From an uncultured bacterium (lineage in GTDB: Bacteria; Verrucomicrobiota; Verrucomicrobiia; Verrucomicrobiales; DEV007): a DNA stretch of 64,000 nucleotides. Position numbers and translations under genes: made by a program. Below, in pieces: positions 19,852-31,199 of the stretch (its first letter is position 1; each line of letters starts with the position of its first letter). The stretch spans positions 44,252 to 108,251 of the forward strand of contig CAXBMO010000021.1 in assembly GCA_963977015.1 (NCBI GenBank). Direction: 5' to 3'. Under the pieces are notes generated by a model. The model ran no database searches. It saw only the letters and a list, made by a program, of their open reading frames with translations, and had not been told where the DNA came from.

Positions 19852-21456
19852 ATGTCCAACGCAGAAACTGAAGATTCAACTCCCAAGGGCAAAGCCGGCA
19901 TCGTCTCGATCGCGATCATGTGCAGCCGGGTTCTCGGGTTGGTTCGGGAGATCGTGCTGGGTGGATTGTTTGGCGGAAGCCGGTGGATGGATTCGTTCAT
20001 GATCGCGTTTCGCACGCCGAACATGTTGCGCGACCTGTTTGCGGAGGGAGCGCTTTCGACCGCGTTTGTCACGACGTTCTCGAAGAAGATCAAAAGCGAA
20101 GGTGATGAGTCGGCCTGGGATTTGGCGCGGAAGATGATCACGCTGGTGACGGTCTTCATGGCGGGAATCACGGTGATTGGCGTGCTCCTCGCCCCCCTCA
20201 TCGTAAAGTTGATGGCCTGGGGATGGACGGACAGCCCGGAGCAGATTCAGTTTACCGTGATTCTGGCGCGGATCATCTACTGCTTCATCGGCATGATTTC
20301 GCTGGCGGCGTTGGTGATGGGGATGCTCAACTCCAAGGGATACTTTTTTGTTCCGGCCATCGCTTCGAGTTTCTTCAACCTGGGGTCGATCATCAGTGGC
20401 GTGCTCATCGGCCATTGGATCGATCCGTGCTGGGGACGTTGGTCGCTGGTCGGTTTTGCGATTGGTGTGTTGGTCGGCGGACTGTTTCAGTTGCTGGTGC
20501 AATTGCCTTCGCTCCGGAAAGTGGGGTTCAAATTTCGCCCGGATTTCGGCTGGAAGGATCCGGCGGTGAAAAAGGTTCTTTCCCTGATGGTTCCCGCGAT
20601 CATTTCGGGAAGCGCGGTTCAGGTCGGGGTGGCGTTGAACACGTTTTTCGCGTCGTTTCTCGACCGCCCGGGCTCGGTCAGCTTTTTGCAATGGGCCTTC
20701 CGCCTCATGCAACTGCCTCTCGGCGTTTTTGGCGTTGCGGTCGCGACGGTCACCCTTCCCGCGATTTCGCGAGCGGCGGCCGAAGGAGTCAGCGATGAGT
20801 TTCGAAACATTCTTTCGCGCGGAGTTCGGCTCGTCTTTCTCCTGACGATTCCCTCGGCCCTGGGCCTTGCCTTACTCGCGGAACCTATTATCTCGGTGAT
20901 CTTTCAGCGCGGTCGGTTCACGGCGGAAGACGCCATGGCAACGGCCGCCGCCTTGCAGATGTATGCCATGGGACTGATCTTCTATGCAGGAATCAAGGTG
21001 GTGCAGCCCGCCTTCTATGCGATCGACAAGAAGTGGATCCCCATGTATGTGAGCTTTGTCTCGATCATCACCAATGCGGTTCTCAATTATCTCTGGATCT
21101 TCGTCCTGGATAAATCGCATGAATATCTCGCGCTCTCGACGGCAATCAGCTCACTGCTGAACTTCAGCCTTCTCTATATCATGATGCGGATTTTTGCCGG
21201 GCACTTTCATACCGGGAAGCTCGTCAGCACGGTCTTCCGGATCATGGTGGCCGGTTCCGCACTCAGCGCCATCGCTTTGACCAGCAAATATACCATCCTC
21301 GCCGAATGGGCCACGATGGCGTTCGCTCCGAAAGCCATTGCCCTCGGGGCCACGATTGCGGTGGCCGCAGCGGCTTACTTCTGGGTCGCCCGGGTGCTGC
21401 GCATTGAAGAGATGGACGAGTTTGTGGCGATGGTGAAACGCCGCACGAAACGTTAG
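19852..21456 (+). CDS. murJ: Lipid II flippase MurJ
   Basis: SRVLGLVRE, AFRTPNMLRDLFAEGALSTAFV, RLMQLPLGVFG, FQRGRF; many TM helices. Confidence 0.96.
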   Translation: MSNAETEDSTPKGKAGIVSIAIMCSRVLGLVREIVLGGLFGGSRWMDSFMIAFRTPNMLRDLFAEGALSTAFVTTFSKKIKSEGDESAWDLARKMITLVTVFMAGITVIGVLLAPLIVKLMAWGWTDSPEQIQFTVILARIIYCFIGMISLAALVMGMLNSKGYFFVPAIASSFFNLGSIISGVLIGHWIDPCWGRWSLVGFAIGVLVGGLFQLLVQLPSLRKVGFKFRPDFGWKDPAVKKVLSLMVPAIISGSAVQVGVALNTFFASFLDRPGSVSFLQWAFRLMQLPLGVFGVAVATVTLPAISRAAAEGVSDEFRNILSRGVRLVFLLTIPSALGLALLAEPIISVIFQRGRFTAEDAMATAAALQMYAMGLIFYAGIKVVQPAFYAIDKKWIPMYVSFVSIITNAVLNYLWIFVLDKSHEYLALSTAISSLLNFSLLYIMMRIFAGHFHTGKLVSTVFRIMVAGSALSAIALTSKYTILAEWATMAFAPKAIALGATIAVAAAAYFWVARVLRIEEMDEFVAMVKRRTKR

Positions 21457-21461
21457 AGCAA

Positions 21462-21755
21462 TTGGGCTGCGAACTCCATTGCCGCGTGACGCCAAACGCG
21501 AAGAAGAGCGAGATCATCGGTTGGGAAGTCGACGAGCAACGGGACGGACTGCGCGTCCTGCAAATCAAACTCAACGCACCGCCGGTTGATGGGAAGGCGA
21601 ATCAGGAACTGACCAAGTTCCTCAGCAAAGCTCTTGGTCTCCCCAAATCCAAGATCCAATTGGCTCGTGGAGAGAAGAGCCGAACCAAACGCATCGCAAT
21701 CGATGGCATTTCGGAGGAAGAACTCGAGTCGAAGGTTGCCTCTTATCTATCCTGA
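21462..21755 (+). CDS. DUF167 (YggU-like) protein
   Basis: RVTPNAKKSEI, APPVDGKANQEL, GEKSRTK. Confidence 0.9.
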   Translation: MGCELHCRVTPNAKKSEIIGWEVDEQRDGLRVLQIKLNAPPVDGKANQELTKFLSKALGLPKSKIQLARGEKSRTKRIAIDGISEEELESKVASYLS

Positions 21756-22633
21756 CGTTTCCAATAGAGGTCGATGCCGTCGACACACATATCGGAAGGG
21801 TTCGCGTTTTCGTATTCACTGAAAACCGCCGCATCCACGCCCTCGCTTTCGGCGCGTTGTTGATTGAAACGAACAAACGCCTCGATCATTTCCTCGCGGG
21901 ATGCCCCCGCTTCGCGCTGGGTTTTGATGAGCTCCGTCGCGTCGAGGATGATGGTCTCATAACGCGCAAAGTGATCGGCGACATCGTCAATCGCACCAAA
22001 GTGGGTGAGATAGAGTTGCTCCAGATTCGCCGCCGCGACGCGATGCATTGATTCTCGATAAGGCTCGGGTTCGAACTGCGAAGGCGCGGTTGTTGGAGAG
22101 ATGTAGGTTTGCCCGGGAAGCCGAACTCCGGCAACGTCACCCGCGAAGCCAATTCCACCTCCCACAAACACGTGATGATGGCGCGCGTGGCCCGGCGTGT
22201 CCCAAGCCTGGAAATCGGTGTCTCCCACTTCAACCGTATCGCCATCGTTCAGCGCCGTGACCTGCGCTTCGGGGATCGGCTTCACCTCGCCCCACAACGT
22301 ATCAAGCAGGTCGCCGTAAACCATTCTCGCCCCCTCGATCAGCTTGCTGGGATCGACGAGATGCCTCGCCCCGCGCTGATGGACAAAAATTTGCGCGCCC
22401 TTTGCTCCCCACCATCCAGCCGCTCCCGCGTGATCCAGATGAATGTGGGTGACGAGCACCTTTTTCACGTCATCGGGGTTGAAGCCAAGCTCGCGAATCC
22501 CGGTCGTGAGGGCCTCAATCGTGCTCGTCGGCCCGGTTTCGATCAGGGCCAGCTCGCCGCCGGATTCGATGAGAAAGGCGGCGATGGACCGGGGTTTGCC
22601 GCGAAAATGGAGATCAATCGGATGGACGTTCAT
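21743..22633 (-). CDS. MBL-fold metallo-hydrolase
   Basis: THIHLDHAG, TPGHARHH, GD, THFG; start ATG 22633. Confidence 0.9.
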   Translation of the reverse strand: MNVHPIDLHFRGKPRSIAAFLIESGGELALIETGPTSTIEALTTGIRELGFNPDDVKKVLVTHIHLDHAGAAGWWGAKGAQIFVHQRGARHLVDPSKLIEGARMVYGDLLDTLWGEVKPIPEAQVTALNDGDTVEVGDTDFQAWDTPGHARHHHVFVGGGIGFAGDVAGVRLPGQTYISPTTAPSQFEPEPYRESMHRVAAANLEQLYLTHFGAIDDVADHFARYETIILDATELIKTQREAGASREEMIEAFVRFNQQRAESEGVDAAVFSEYENANPSDMCVDGIDLYWKRQDR

Positions 22634-22788
22634 AGGTGCCCGGCCAGTCAAAACCGGGGAAGGCTTCGGATCAAACTTTTGCGCCCGTCTATTGAGCAAG
22701 AAAGGCGGTTTCCGCGTCTAATGGTGCGGAGCTTAGGATTGATCAGTAAATCCGCGCCTCAATTTGCCAGTTGCTATTGTTAGAATCT

Positions 22789-22804
22789 TTGTGAAATTTC
22801 ACAA
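22789..22804. promoter_or_regulatory. Perfect palindrome TTGTGAAATTTCACAA, probable Rex operator
   Basis: 16-bp perfect palindrome abutting the rex GTG start; half-sites match the known Rex box TTGTGAA...TTCACAA; TAGAAT -10-like hexamer at 22781-22786. Confidence 0.7.
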
Positions 22805-23422
22805 GTGTCGAAAGAAATCCCCAGGAAGACGATTTACCGTCTGAGCCAATACCAACGTTGCCTGCAGCATTTGCGCGACAATGAGATGGAAACCGTCTCA
22901 TCCGAAGCGCTGGCCAAGGCCTCCGGGGTCAAGCCAACCCAGTTGCGGAAAGACCTGGCTCATTTCGGCCAACTCGGCACCCGCGGGCTGGGCTACAACG
23001 TGGAAACGCTTTCCAACGTGCTTGGCAATGTTCTCGGCGCCGAGCGTCTGCGCCCCGTCATCCTCGTCGGGGTCGGAAACCTCGGGGCTGCCCTGACCCG
23101 ATATGGCGGATTCGAGAAAGAAGGTTTCGAGATTGCCGCCGCCTTCGACGCAGATCCGGATCGAGCCAACCAGCGCAATGTTCCCTTTCCGATCCGCTCG
23201 AGTAGCGAAATGGTCGATTTCATCAAGGAGAACAACGTGAAAATGGCGATTCTGGCGGTTCCCGCGCCTCATGCCCAAAGCGTCGCCAATGAGTTGGTGA
23301 AGGCGGGGATTCAAGGCATTTTGAACTTCTCCCCCACGCTTCTCGAGACGCCCGACAACGTCGTCGTCAACAGCGTCGATCTCGCGATTGAGTTGGAGAA
23401 CCTGAGCTACTTTATCAAGTAA
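22805..23422 (+). CDS. rex: Redox-sensing transcriptional repressor Rex
   Basis: IPRKTIYRLSQY, QLRKDLAHFGQLGTRGLGY, VGVGNLG, GILNF. Confidence 0.96.
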   Translation: MSKEIPRKTIYRLSQYQRCLQHLRDNEMETVSSEALAKASGVKPTQLRKDLAHFGQLGTRGLGYNVETLSNVLGNVLGAERLRPVILVGVGNLGAALTRYGGFEKEGFEIAAAFDADPDRANQRNVPFPIRSSSEMVDFIKENNVKMAILAVPAPHAQSVANELVKAGIQGILNFSPTLLETPDNVVVNSVDLAIELENLSYFIK

Positions 23423-23533
23423 TGAGCGCAATGCGCTTGAATGGGCTCACGCGACGGCGCAAAGCTCGCAACGAGTTTCTTTCTTGTAGAGAACATCGCG
23501 TTGCGGACTTTGTGCCGTTGCGTGAGACAAGGC

Positions 23534-24982
23534 TCAGAGCCGCGGCGGGTTGAAAGGGGTCGTCGGCGTTTGGCCACTCGCTTTGGCGCGAAGAAGTGGA
23601 CGCAAGTGTTCCATCACGGCTTTTGCTTCCTGATCAGGATCAATGGCCAGGTTGTGGAATTCCATGGGGTCGGAATGATGATCGTAAAGCTCGATTCCGT
23701 GCCTTCCCTCGCCCCATTCCGTGAATCTCCATCGTTCGGTCCGAATGCTGCATCCCATGACCGGCTCGGACAATCGATCATCGTCCGGACGCAAAATCTG
23801 GGTGACGGCGTGCGCATCCCAATCCGCAATCGGATCGTCGAGCAGGGGAACCAGACTTTGGCCGGAAAGGGGTGTCGCGGGCTCGAGGTTCGCCAAATCG
23901 ATCACGGTTGGGTAAATATCGACGAACTCGACAATGCGCGGGCTTGCCTGCCCGTTCCCCGTTGCCTGCGGCGCCCGAAAAATGAGCGGCGAACGCGCCG
24001 ACTGCTCAAAAAGGGTTCGCTTCTGCCAGACTCCGTCATGCTCGCCAAGGTGATAGCCGTGATCGCTCCAAAAAACGACGATCGTCTTTTCGGCGAGCTC
24101 GAGTTCATCCAGAGCATCCAGGAGGCGACCGACTTGAGCATCAATGAACGACACACAGGCATAGTAGGCCTGCACCGCTTTCCGCAGCGTCAGCTCATCC
24201 AATCCGTAGTTCGGCACCGGGCAATTATGGGCAAACGCCGCTGTCGGGATATCATCCCGATCTCCTTCCGGAGCATAGGGCAGGCGAATTTCCTCCAACG
24301 GATACATCTCAAAGTATTTCTTGGGCGCGACATAAGGGGTGTGAGGGCGAAAGAAGCCGGCCGCGATAAAAAACGGCTCGTTTTGTTTCTCGGCCATCAG
24401 TCGAATCGCCTCCGTCGCGATCATTCCGTCCGTCTGTTCCTCGTCTGCGCCCTCCGCGGCAAGCCAACTCAGGGCGGCACTGATTTTTCGATGCGGTTCC
24501 GCGTTAAAGATCAAATCCTCTTCCGCCTTGTCTCTCCCTTTCGGATTGATGGTTTGCTGCCACGAAGGAGGATCGTCAAACCCGTCCGTCCCGATGCTGG
24601 CAGGCACGTTGTAATGATAAATCTTGCCAACCCGGCCTGCATAGTAACCGTCCTGGATAAAACGCTGGGACAACGTCACCACATCCGGAACCTCCTCTCG
24701 AAAATGCCGATCCAGATCGTAGACCTTGATCTCGTCAGGTCGCAGTCCCGTCATCACGGAGGCGCGAGTCGGATTGCAAAGTGGCAATTGATTGTAGGCC
24801 CGGTCAAACCGAACCCCGGTCGCGGCCAATCGGTCAATATGCGGCGTTTTGGCCAGCAAATCCCCGTAGCATCCCAGGGAGCATGCCAGATCATCGACCG
24901 AAATGAACAACACGTTGGGCCGTTCCGCGCCATGGGACCAACCAACCAGCAAAAGAGCAATTCCAGCAAAGAGGGGTTTCAT
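23534..24982 (-). CDS. Sulfatase (iduronate-2-sulfatase-like)
   Basis: [19 protein letters not shown] (CxPxR), [24 protein letters not shown]; signal peptide; start ATG 24982. Confidence 0.92.
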   Translation of the reverse strand: MKPLFAGIALLLVGWSHGAERPNVLFISVDDLACSLGCYGDLLAKTPHIDRLAATGVRFDRAYNQLPLCNPTRASVMTGLRPDEIKVYDLDRHFREEVPDVVTLSQRFIQDGYYAGRVGKIYHYNVPASIGTDGFDDPPSWQQTINPKGRDKAEEDLIFNAEPHRKISAALSWLAAEGADEEQTDGMIATEAIRLMAEKQNEPFFIAAGFFRPHTPYVAPKKYFEMYPLEEIRLPYAPEGDRDDIPTAAFAHNCPVPNYGLDELTLRKAVQAYYACVSFIDAQVGRLLDALDELELAEKTIVVFWSDHGYHLGEHDGVWQKRTLFEQSARSPLIFRAPQATGNGQASPRIVEFVDIYPTVIDLANLEPATPLSGQSLVPLLDDPIADWDAHAVTQILRPDDDRLSEPVMGCSIRTERWRFTEWGEGRHGIELYDHHSDPMEFHNLAIDPDQEAKAVMEHLRPLLRAKASGQTPTTPFNPPRL

Positions 24983-25125
24983 GAAGGCACCTTGAAACGC
25001 CCTGCCCACATCTCAAGCCTGAACCACCCGGTATCCGGGGTTGAACGGCCAGGGGTTGCCGATTTCGCCATCACCTTCGCAGTGTTCAGGGTTGAATTTC
25101 GCATCGACCCTTTGGAAAGTCTGCC

Positions 25126-25902
25126 ATGCTCGCCATTATCTCCCCTGCGAAAACCCTGGATTACGATTCCCCGCCGCTCACCGACAAGTGCACGACACCG
25201 GATTTCCTCGATCGCTCCAAGGAGCTGATCAAGCAGCTTCGCACCCTGTCGGAGGAGGAGATCGGCGCCCTGATGTCGATCAGCCCGAAGTTGGCGGCTC
25301 TGAACACAGAGCGCTACCAGAGCTTCAAACCTCCGTTCACGACAGACAACGCCAAACAGGCGCTTCTCGCGTTCAAGGGCGATGTTTACACCGGGTTCGA
25401 ACTCCCAACCTATGGCGAGGCCGATTTCGCTTACGCTCAGGACCATCTGCGGATTCTTTCAGGGCTTTACGGGCTGCTTCGGCCTCTTGATTTGATGCAG
25501 CCGTATCGCCTCGAAATGGGGACGAAACTGAAGAACAAACGGGGAAAAGACCTCTACGCGTTTTGGGGAGACACCATCACGAAGGCGTTGAACGAGGCAA
25601 TCGCGGACTCGGGAAGCAAAACGCTCGTGAACCTGGCTTCGAACGAATATTACCACAGCGTCCAGCCCGCCAATCTGGACGCGCGCATCATCACTCCCGT
25701 CTTCAAGGACGAGAAAAACGGGAAACTGAAGATCATCAGCTTCTTTGCGAAGAAAGCGCGGGGCGTCATGTCCGATTTTCTGATCCGCAATCGCGTTGAG
25801 AAGCCGGAAGGCTTGAAGAAGTTCAAGGGAATGGGTTATGCCTTCAGCAAAGACTTGTCCGAGGGCGACACCTGGGTTTTTACCCGGCCGGAAGCCGCCT
25901 GA
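25126..25902 (+). CDS. yaaA: Peroxide stress protein YaaA
   Basis: [47 protein letters not shown]. Confidence 0.95.
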   Translation: MLAIISPAKTLDYDSPPLTDKCTTPDFLDRSKELIKQLRTLSEEEIGALMSISPKLAALNTERYQSFKPPFTTDNAKQALLAFKGDVYTGFELPTYGEADFAYAQDHLRILSGLYGLLRPLDLMQPYRLEMGTKLKNKRGKDLYAFWGDTITKALNEAIADSGSKTLVNLASNEYYHSVQPANLDARIITPVFKDEKNGKLKIISFFAKKARGVMSDFLIRNRVEKPEGLKKFKGMGYAFSKDLSEGDTWVFTRPEAA

Positions 25903-25969
25903 GCGATGGTTCACCCTTGCAAAGCCCCCAAAGAAGCCCTCTAATCCCTCCTCGGAGTCAGAAATCCCC

Positions 25970-26905
25970 ATGAAAGCATTTCTCATCATCTTTGTCCTCA
26001 TCATCGCCGTTTTGGGCGGTGGGACCTACTACTGTTACACCCAGGGCCACCTGGACAAGTATTTGAAGAAGGAGGAGGCCACGGCCACACCGTCCAGCCC
26101 CGCTCCCGCGCCGCCGAAAACGACTTCGGCACCGGTCAGCACGCCCAAGGCACCCACGACTCCCAAGCCCGTCGCCTCGACTCCAACGCCAAAGCCTGCG
26201 GAACCTGCCCCCAAGCCTGCGGCCCCGAAAACCGAGTTTGAGAAGAAGGCTGACGAGAAATACCCGATGCCGAAGTTCAAACCGCTCCTGGAAATCGTCG
26301 ACAACTGGAACAGCGTTCCCCAACGCGCGTTCCCCCAGGCGATTACCGTGAATGTCGATGCGGAATACAAGATTCAGGCGAGCGACGGCAAAGTCCTCGG
26401 ATCCAGCAATGCCCCGGCCGGTCACAAAGCGGTCCCGCTCAAGCACAAGCCCGGCATGCTCCAGATTACGGATCGTCCCGGCGGAACGGCGCTCGCCGTC
26501 GTGAAGGTCGATGACACCGACTTCAAACAGCAGATCGAAAATCTCTACAATACGAAAGTTGCCGAAGCTCAGGAGCGCATCCTCAAGGCACGTCGCGTTT
26601 ACGCCAAGGTGCTCGCAGCCCAGCCCAGCGGAGGTGGTGGAGGCGGTTCTGGCGACGACCCCCGTTTTCAGCCGGTCCGCGCCTATCTCGCCGCCGGCAA
26701 AATGGAGTCCGCTCTCCTTGAGGAAGCCAAGGAATGGTACTGGATGGGTTCGGAAGTTCACGACGGCCGCACCTACGACGTGGTTCTGGTCAATTTTGAG
26801 GTGAACACGATTTTCGGACTCTTCCCGAACTCCATGAAATGCCTGCTCAGCAACGGCAACGTGGTGAAGTGGATCGATTCGGAGACCGGCGAAGAACGAA
26901 CCTAG
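25970..26905 (+). CDS. Hypothetical membrane-anchored protein with Pro/Thr/Ala linker
   Basis: N-terminal TM then PTK-rich linker and globular C-terminus; genome-typical codon usage; start ATG 25970. Confidence 0.7.
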   Translation: MKAFLIIFVLIIAVLGGGTYYCYTQGHLDKYLKKEEATATPSSPAPAPPKTTSAPVSTPKAPTTPKPVASTPTPKPAEPAPKPAAPKTEFEKKADEKYPMPKFKPLLEIVDNWNSVPQRAFPQAITVNVDAEYKIQASDGKVLGSSNAPAGHKAVPLKHKPGMLQITDRPGGTALAVVKVDDTDFKQQIENLYNTKVAEAQERILKARRVYAKVLAAQPSGGGGGGSGDDPRFQPVRAYLAAGKMESALLEEAKEWYWMGSEVHDGRTYDVVLVNFEVNTIFGLFPNSMKCLLSNGNVVKWIDSETGEERT

Positions 26906-26917
26906 AAAAACGGTCGA

Positions 26918-28810
26918 TTGATTCTCCGCCTCTGCATTTGGCTGACGCTGTCAGGGTTCTGCCTGGCCCAGGACGCATTTGAGCCCATTCCCCGTCGGCT
27001 TCCTCCGGTCGGAATTGAAATTCCGGAGGCAGTCGGGATGGAGTTCCTCGAGGAATTCGATCGCATCCTGACCCTTTCCGCCGGGTCCGATCATCCCCGC
27101 ATCGCGGATGCCTTGGTTTTCGTGAAAGGCGTTGAGTTCGCCCTCATGAATCGCGAGTTTTACGCGGAAAAAGACTTCGCGATCGCCCGAAAGCACCTCG
27201 AACTCGCCAACGAACGGCTCAAAAACCCGGAATCGATCCCGAAAAGCGGGTTGGTCGTTCGCGGTTACGAATCCAGCATCGACGGCTCCTACCAGCCCTA
27301 CGGCTTGGAAATTCCAGCCAACCTCGACCTCTCGAAACCCGTCCCGCTTTTGGTCTGGCTACACGGGCGTGGCGACAAATCCACTGACCTCCATTTCATC
27401 GAACGCTGCCTCACCAAATCGCAGGCCCTCGGCGGCAAGATCGCCAATCAGGAGCAATGCATCGTGCTTCACCCCTTTGGCCGCCAATGCATTGGCTGGA
27501 AACACGCCGGGGAGATTGACGTCTTTGAGGCGATTGCCGATGCCAAAGCGGCGCTCGGCATCACCGTCAGCAAACAGATCCTCGCCGGCTTCTCCATGGG
27601 CGGCGCGGGAGCCTGGCACATTGGGGCGCATTATCCGGACCGCTTTGACGCCATCCACGCTGGAGCCGGATTCGCGGAAACCGCCGAATACAACAAGCTG
27701 AAACCGGAGAATCACCCCGCTTGGTATGAGAAAACGCTCTGGGGCCTCTACGACGTTCCCAACTACGCCCGCAATCTCCTGAACCACCCAGTCATCGCCT
27801 ACAGCGGCGAAGTCGACAAGCAGAAGCAGGCCGCCGACCTGATGGCGCGAGAGCTCGCCAAACACGGCCACGAGTTGGAACATGTGATCGGGCCGGGCAT
27901 GGGTCACAAATACCACGACGATTCGGCAAAGCAGATTTTTGACGCGTTGATGGCAGTTCAACCCCGGGATCCCCTCTCGGATATCCACTTGCAAACCCAA
28001 ACCCTGCGCTACGCCGGGATGAGCCCGATTTGGGTGACAGGTTTGGAGGAACATTGGCAAGATTCACGAGTCGATTTTCGAAACGAAAACGGAGTAAAGG
28101 TGGTAACCACGAAGAACGTAACGAACCTGAGGCTTCCCGGCATCGGTAGGTTCGAACTCGATGGTCAGAGCTTGACTTCGCACCAATCCATTGGGCATTT
28201 CCAAGAATTCCAAAAGGTCGATGGCCGCTGGGAATTCGGCAAGCCAAGCGGTCTCCGCAAGAAACCCGGCCTCCAGGGCCCGATCGACGATGCCTTCATG
28301 GCGCCGTTCCTCGTCGTGCTCCCCACCGAGCTTTCTCAACGTCCGGCCGTCCAAAAGTGGCTCGACTTCGAATCCTCCCACTTCGCAAAGCGCTGGCGCG
28401 AGCTGATGCGCGGCCATCTCCCCGTGAAACGCGCCAACGAAGTGACCAAAGACGATGTCGCGAACTTCAACCTCATCTGTTGGGGCGAACCGACGACCAA
28501 TTCCGTCATCGGAGCGACGATTGACAAGCTCCCACTCACCTGGAAGGAAACGCTGGAAATCGGCAACACCAGTGTCGATCCCGCGTTTCACGTTCCCGCC
28601 CTGATCTACCCCAACCCGCTCAACCCGGAACGCTACCTCGTCCTCAACAGCGGCCTCACGTTCCGAGAAGATCACGATCGCACCAACTCGCTGCAAAACC
28701 CGAAACTCCCGGATTGGGCGGTGATCGATGTTCGCCAAGCTCCGAGCGGCTCTTCCCCTGGCAAGGTCATCGATGCGAACTTTTTCAACGAACGCTGGGC
28801 GCTGAAGTAA
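26918..28810 (+). CDS. Secreted alpha/beta hydrolase (prolyl-oligopeptidase/esterase-like)
   Basis: VWLHGRG, GFSMGGAG nucleophile elbow, MGHKY; signal peptide. Confidence 0.8.
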   Translation: MILRLCIWLTLSGFCLAQDAFEPIPRRLPPVGIEIPEAVGMEFLEEFDRILTLSAGSDHPRIADALVFVKGVEFALMNREFYAEKDFAIARKHLELANERLKNPESIPKSGLVVRGYESSIDGSYQPYGLEIPANLDLSKPVPLLVWLHGRGDKSTDLHFIERCLTKSQALGGKIANQEQCIVLHPFGRQCIGWKHAGEIDVFEAIADAKAALGITVSKQILAGFSMGGAGAWHIGAHYPDRFDAIHAGAGFAETAEYNKLKPENHPAWYEKTLWGLYDVPNYARNLLNHPVIAYSGEVDKQKQAADLMARELAKHGHELEHVIGPGMGHKYHDDSAKQIFDALMAVQPRDPLSDIHLQTQTLRYAGMSPIWVTGLEEHWQDSRVDFRNENGVKVVTTKNVTNLRLPGIGRFELDGQSLTSHQSIGHFQEFQKVDGRWEFGKPSGLRKKPGLQGPIDDAFMAPFLVVLPTELSQRPAVQKWLDFESSHFAKRWRELMRGHLPVKRANEVTKDDVANFNLICWGEPTTNSVIGATIDKLPLTWKETLEIGNTSVDPAFHVPALIYPNPLNPERYLVLNSGLTFREDHDRTNSLQNPKLPDWAVIDVRQAPSGSSPGKVIDANFFNERWALK

Positions 28811-28899
28811 GCACGATTGTTGCCTAGTGGCGCATATGTGACGGAATCTTCGCATTCTTCCACTTACACTGACAGGCACTTCAACAAACGATGCGGGCC

Positions 28900-29907
28900 A
28901 TGAGTATTCGAATTGGAATCAACGGATTTGGCCGCATTGGACGCCTTGCCTTGCGGGCGGCTTGGGATTGGCCAGAGTTTGAAATCGTCTACATCAACGA
29001 CCCTGGAGGCATTGAGTCGGCAGCCCACCTCCTGGAGTTTGATTCTCTCCACCGGCGCTGGGACAAGGACATCAAGACCGAAGGATCTACCTTGGTCATC
29101 GATGGCAAGCCGGTCGCCTTTGCCGCTTCCAAGGAATTGGCGGAAATGCCGTGGAAAGCGAGCGATGTCGACATCATGATCGAAAGTTCCGGAGTCTTTC
29201 GTACCACCGAAAGCCTGGTGCCCTACTTCCAATCGGGAATCAAAAAGGTCGTCGTCGCCGCTCCCGTCAAACACGGCGCGCTGAACATCGTCATGGGCGT
29301 TAACGATCACCTCTACGACCCCGCGACCCACAATCTCCTCACCGCCGCATCCTGCACCACCAACTGCCTCGCTCCGGTCGTCAAAGTGGTTCGCGACGGA
29401 CTCGGCATCAAGCACGGCTCCATCACCACCATCCACGACCTCACCAACACCCAGGTTATCGTGGACAAACCGCACAAGGACTTGCGCCGCGCCCGCGCCG
29501 CCTCGCTTTCCCTCATCCCCACCACCACCGGATCCGCCACCGCCATCACCCAGATTTACCCGGAACTCACCGGCAAGCTCAACGGCCACGCCGTCCGCGT
29601 TCCACTCCTCACCGGTTCGCTTACCGACTGCGTGTTCGAAGTCGAACGGACAACCACCGTGGAGGAAGTGAATCAGCTCTTCAAAACAGCCTCTGAAGGC
29701 GAACTCGCCGGGATTCTTGGCTACGAGGAGAGGCCGCTCGTCGGCGTCGACTATGTCGGTGATTCCCGCTCTTCAATTATCGACGCCCTCTCCACCATGG
29801 TGGTAAACGGAACCCAGGTGAAGGTCTACGCGTGGTATGATAACGAATTTGGCTACGCCAACCGTTTGGCCGATCTCGTCAAAAAAGTCGCCGGGAGCCT
29901 GTCTTGA
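28900..29907 (+). CDS. ArsJ-associated glyceraldehyde-3-phosphate dehydrogenase
   Basis: [33 protein letters not shown] motif and 4-nt overlap with arsJ fit the ars-linked GAPDH subfamily. Confidence 0.9.
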   Translation: MSIRIGINGFGRIGRLALRAAWDWPEFEIVYINDPGGIESAAHLLEFDSLHRRWDKDIKTEGSTLVIDGKPVAFAASKELAEMPWKASDVDIMIESSGVFRTTESLVPYFQSGIKKVVVAAPVKHGALNIVMGVNDHLYDPATHNLLTAASCTTNCLAPVVKVVRDGLGIKHGSITTIHDLTNTQVIVDKPHKDLRRARAASLSLIPTTTGSATAITQIYPELTGKLNGHAVRVPLLTGSLTDCVFEVERTTTVEEVNQLFKTASEGELAGILGYEERPLVGVDYVGDSRSSIIDALSTMVVNGTQVKVYAWYDNEFGYANRLADLVKKVAGSLS

Positions 29908-31166
29908 GCAACCTCCGCAACTACGCCCAAGTCACGGGCGCCTACTGGGCTTTCACGCTCACCGATGGCGCTCTGCGCATGATCGTTCTGCTGAACTTTC
30001 ATGAGTGGGGCTATACGCCCTTTCAAATCGCGCTCCTCTTTCTCTTTTACGAGATCTTCGGCGTCATCACCAACTTTGTCGGCGGCTGGATCGGAGCCCG
30101 CCTCGGCCTCAAGCCCACTCTCTACGCCGGCCTCATCATCCAGATCATCGCCTTGGCCGGCCTCGCCTTTCTCAACCAGGATTGGCCCCGCACATCGGCC
30201 GTTTCCTTCGTCATGGTGATGCAGGCCCTCTCCGGCATTGCCAAAGACCTCACCAAGATGAGTTCCAAGAGCGCAGTCAAGCTCCTCGTGCCCTCCGGAG
30301 AGCAAGGCAAACTCTTCAAATGGGTCGCCGCCCTCACCGGATCCAAAAACGCGCTCAAAGGCGTCGGTTTCTTCCTCGGCGCCCTTCTCCTCCAGCTCAC
30401 CGGCTTCTTCACCGCCTTGATGAGCCTCACCGGATTGATCGTCGTCGCCCTGTTGGCCTGCATGATCGGCATTCGCGGCGACTTCGGCAAATCCAGCACC
30501 AAACCCAAGTTCAAGGAAGTCTTTTCCAAGTCAAAAGAGGTCAACTGGCTCTCTGCCGCCCGCATGTTTCTCTTTGGCGCGCGCGATGTCTGGTTCGTCG
30601 TCGGCGTTCCCGTCTTTCTCCACAAAACCCTCGACTGGAGCTTCTGGGAAGTCGGCGGTTTCCTCGCCCTCTGGGTCATTGGCTACGGTATCATACAGGC
30701 CGCCGCGCCGGGATTGGTTCGTCGTCCCGGGGGCTCCCCACCGACCGGAAGATCCGCCACCATCCTCGCCCTGCTCCTCGCCTTCACCATGGGCGGCCTC
30801 ATGTGGCTTCTTCAGGCCAATGACTTCATCGCTCCGGACCTCGCCATCATCATTGGCCTCACCGCCTTCGGGATCGTCTTCGCCCTCAACTCCGCCGTTC
30901 ATTCCTTCCTCATCGTCGCCTACTCCGACAGCGACAAGATCGCCATGAACGTCGGCTTCTATTATATGGCCAACGCCTTGGGACGCCTCCTCGGCACCGT
31001 TCTCTCCGGCTACCTCTTTCAATACTACCACCTGCAAGGCTGCCTTCTCGCCTCCCTTGTTTTCGCCTTTGTTGCGGCGTTGCTGTCGCTCAAGCTTCCC
31101 AAGAAAGCGTTGGAGGATCGCAGCGGGGCAACCACGGTGATTCCGACATCCGGCGTTTCCGGTTAG
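29904..31166 (+). CDS. arsJ: Organoarsenical efflux MFS transporter ArsJ
   Basis: [64 protein letters not shown]. Confidence 0.92.
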   Translation: MSNLRNYAQVTGAYWAFTLTDGALRMIVLLNFHEWGYTPFQIALLFLFYEIFGVITNFVGGWIGARLGLKPTLYAGLIIQIIALAGLAFLNQDWPRTSAVSFVMVMQALSGIAKDLTKMSSKSAVKLLVPSGEQGKLFKWVAALTGSKNALKGVGFFLGALLLQLTGFFTALMSLTGLIVVALLACMIGIRGDFGKSSTKPKFKEVFSKSKEVNWLSAARMFLFGARDVWFVVGVPVFLHKTLDWSFWEVGGFLALWVIGYGIIQAAAPGLVRRPGGSPPTGRSATILALLLAFTMGGLMWLLQANDFIAPDLAIIIGLTAFGIVFALNSAVHSFLIVAYSDSDKIAMNVGFYYMANALGRLLGTVLSGYLFQYYHLQGCLLASLVFAFVAALLSLKLPKKALEDRSGATTVIPTSGVSG

Positions 31167-31199
31167 GCTGATTTCAATTCGGGGAGCCCCGTTTCCAAC

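Noticed and set aside
23441-25228. 595-aa plus-strand ORF
   Set aside because: Antisense shadow of the sulfatase gene.
28900-29907. Housekeeping glycolytic gapA
   Set aside because: Coupled to arsJ with no pgk or tpi adjacent, so the ars-associated paralogue is more likely.
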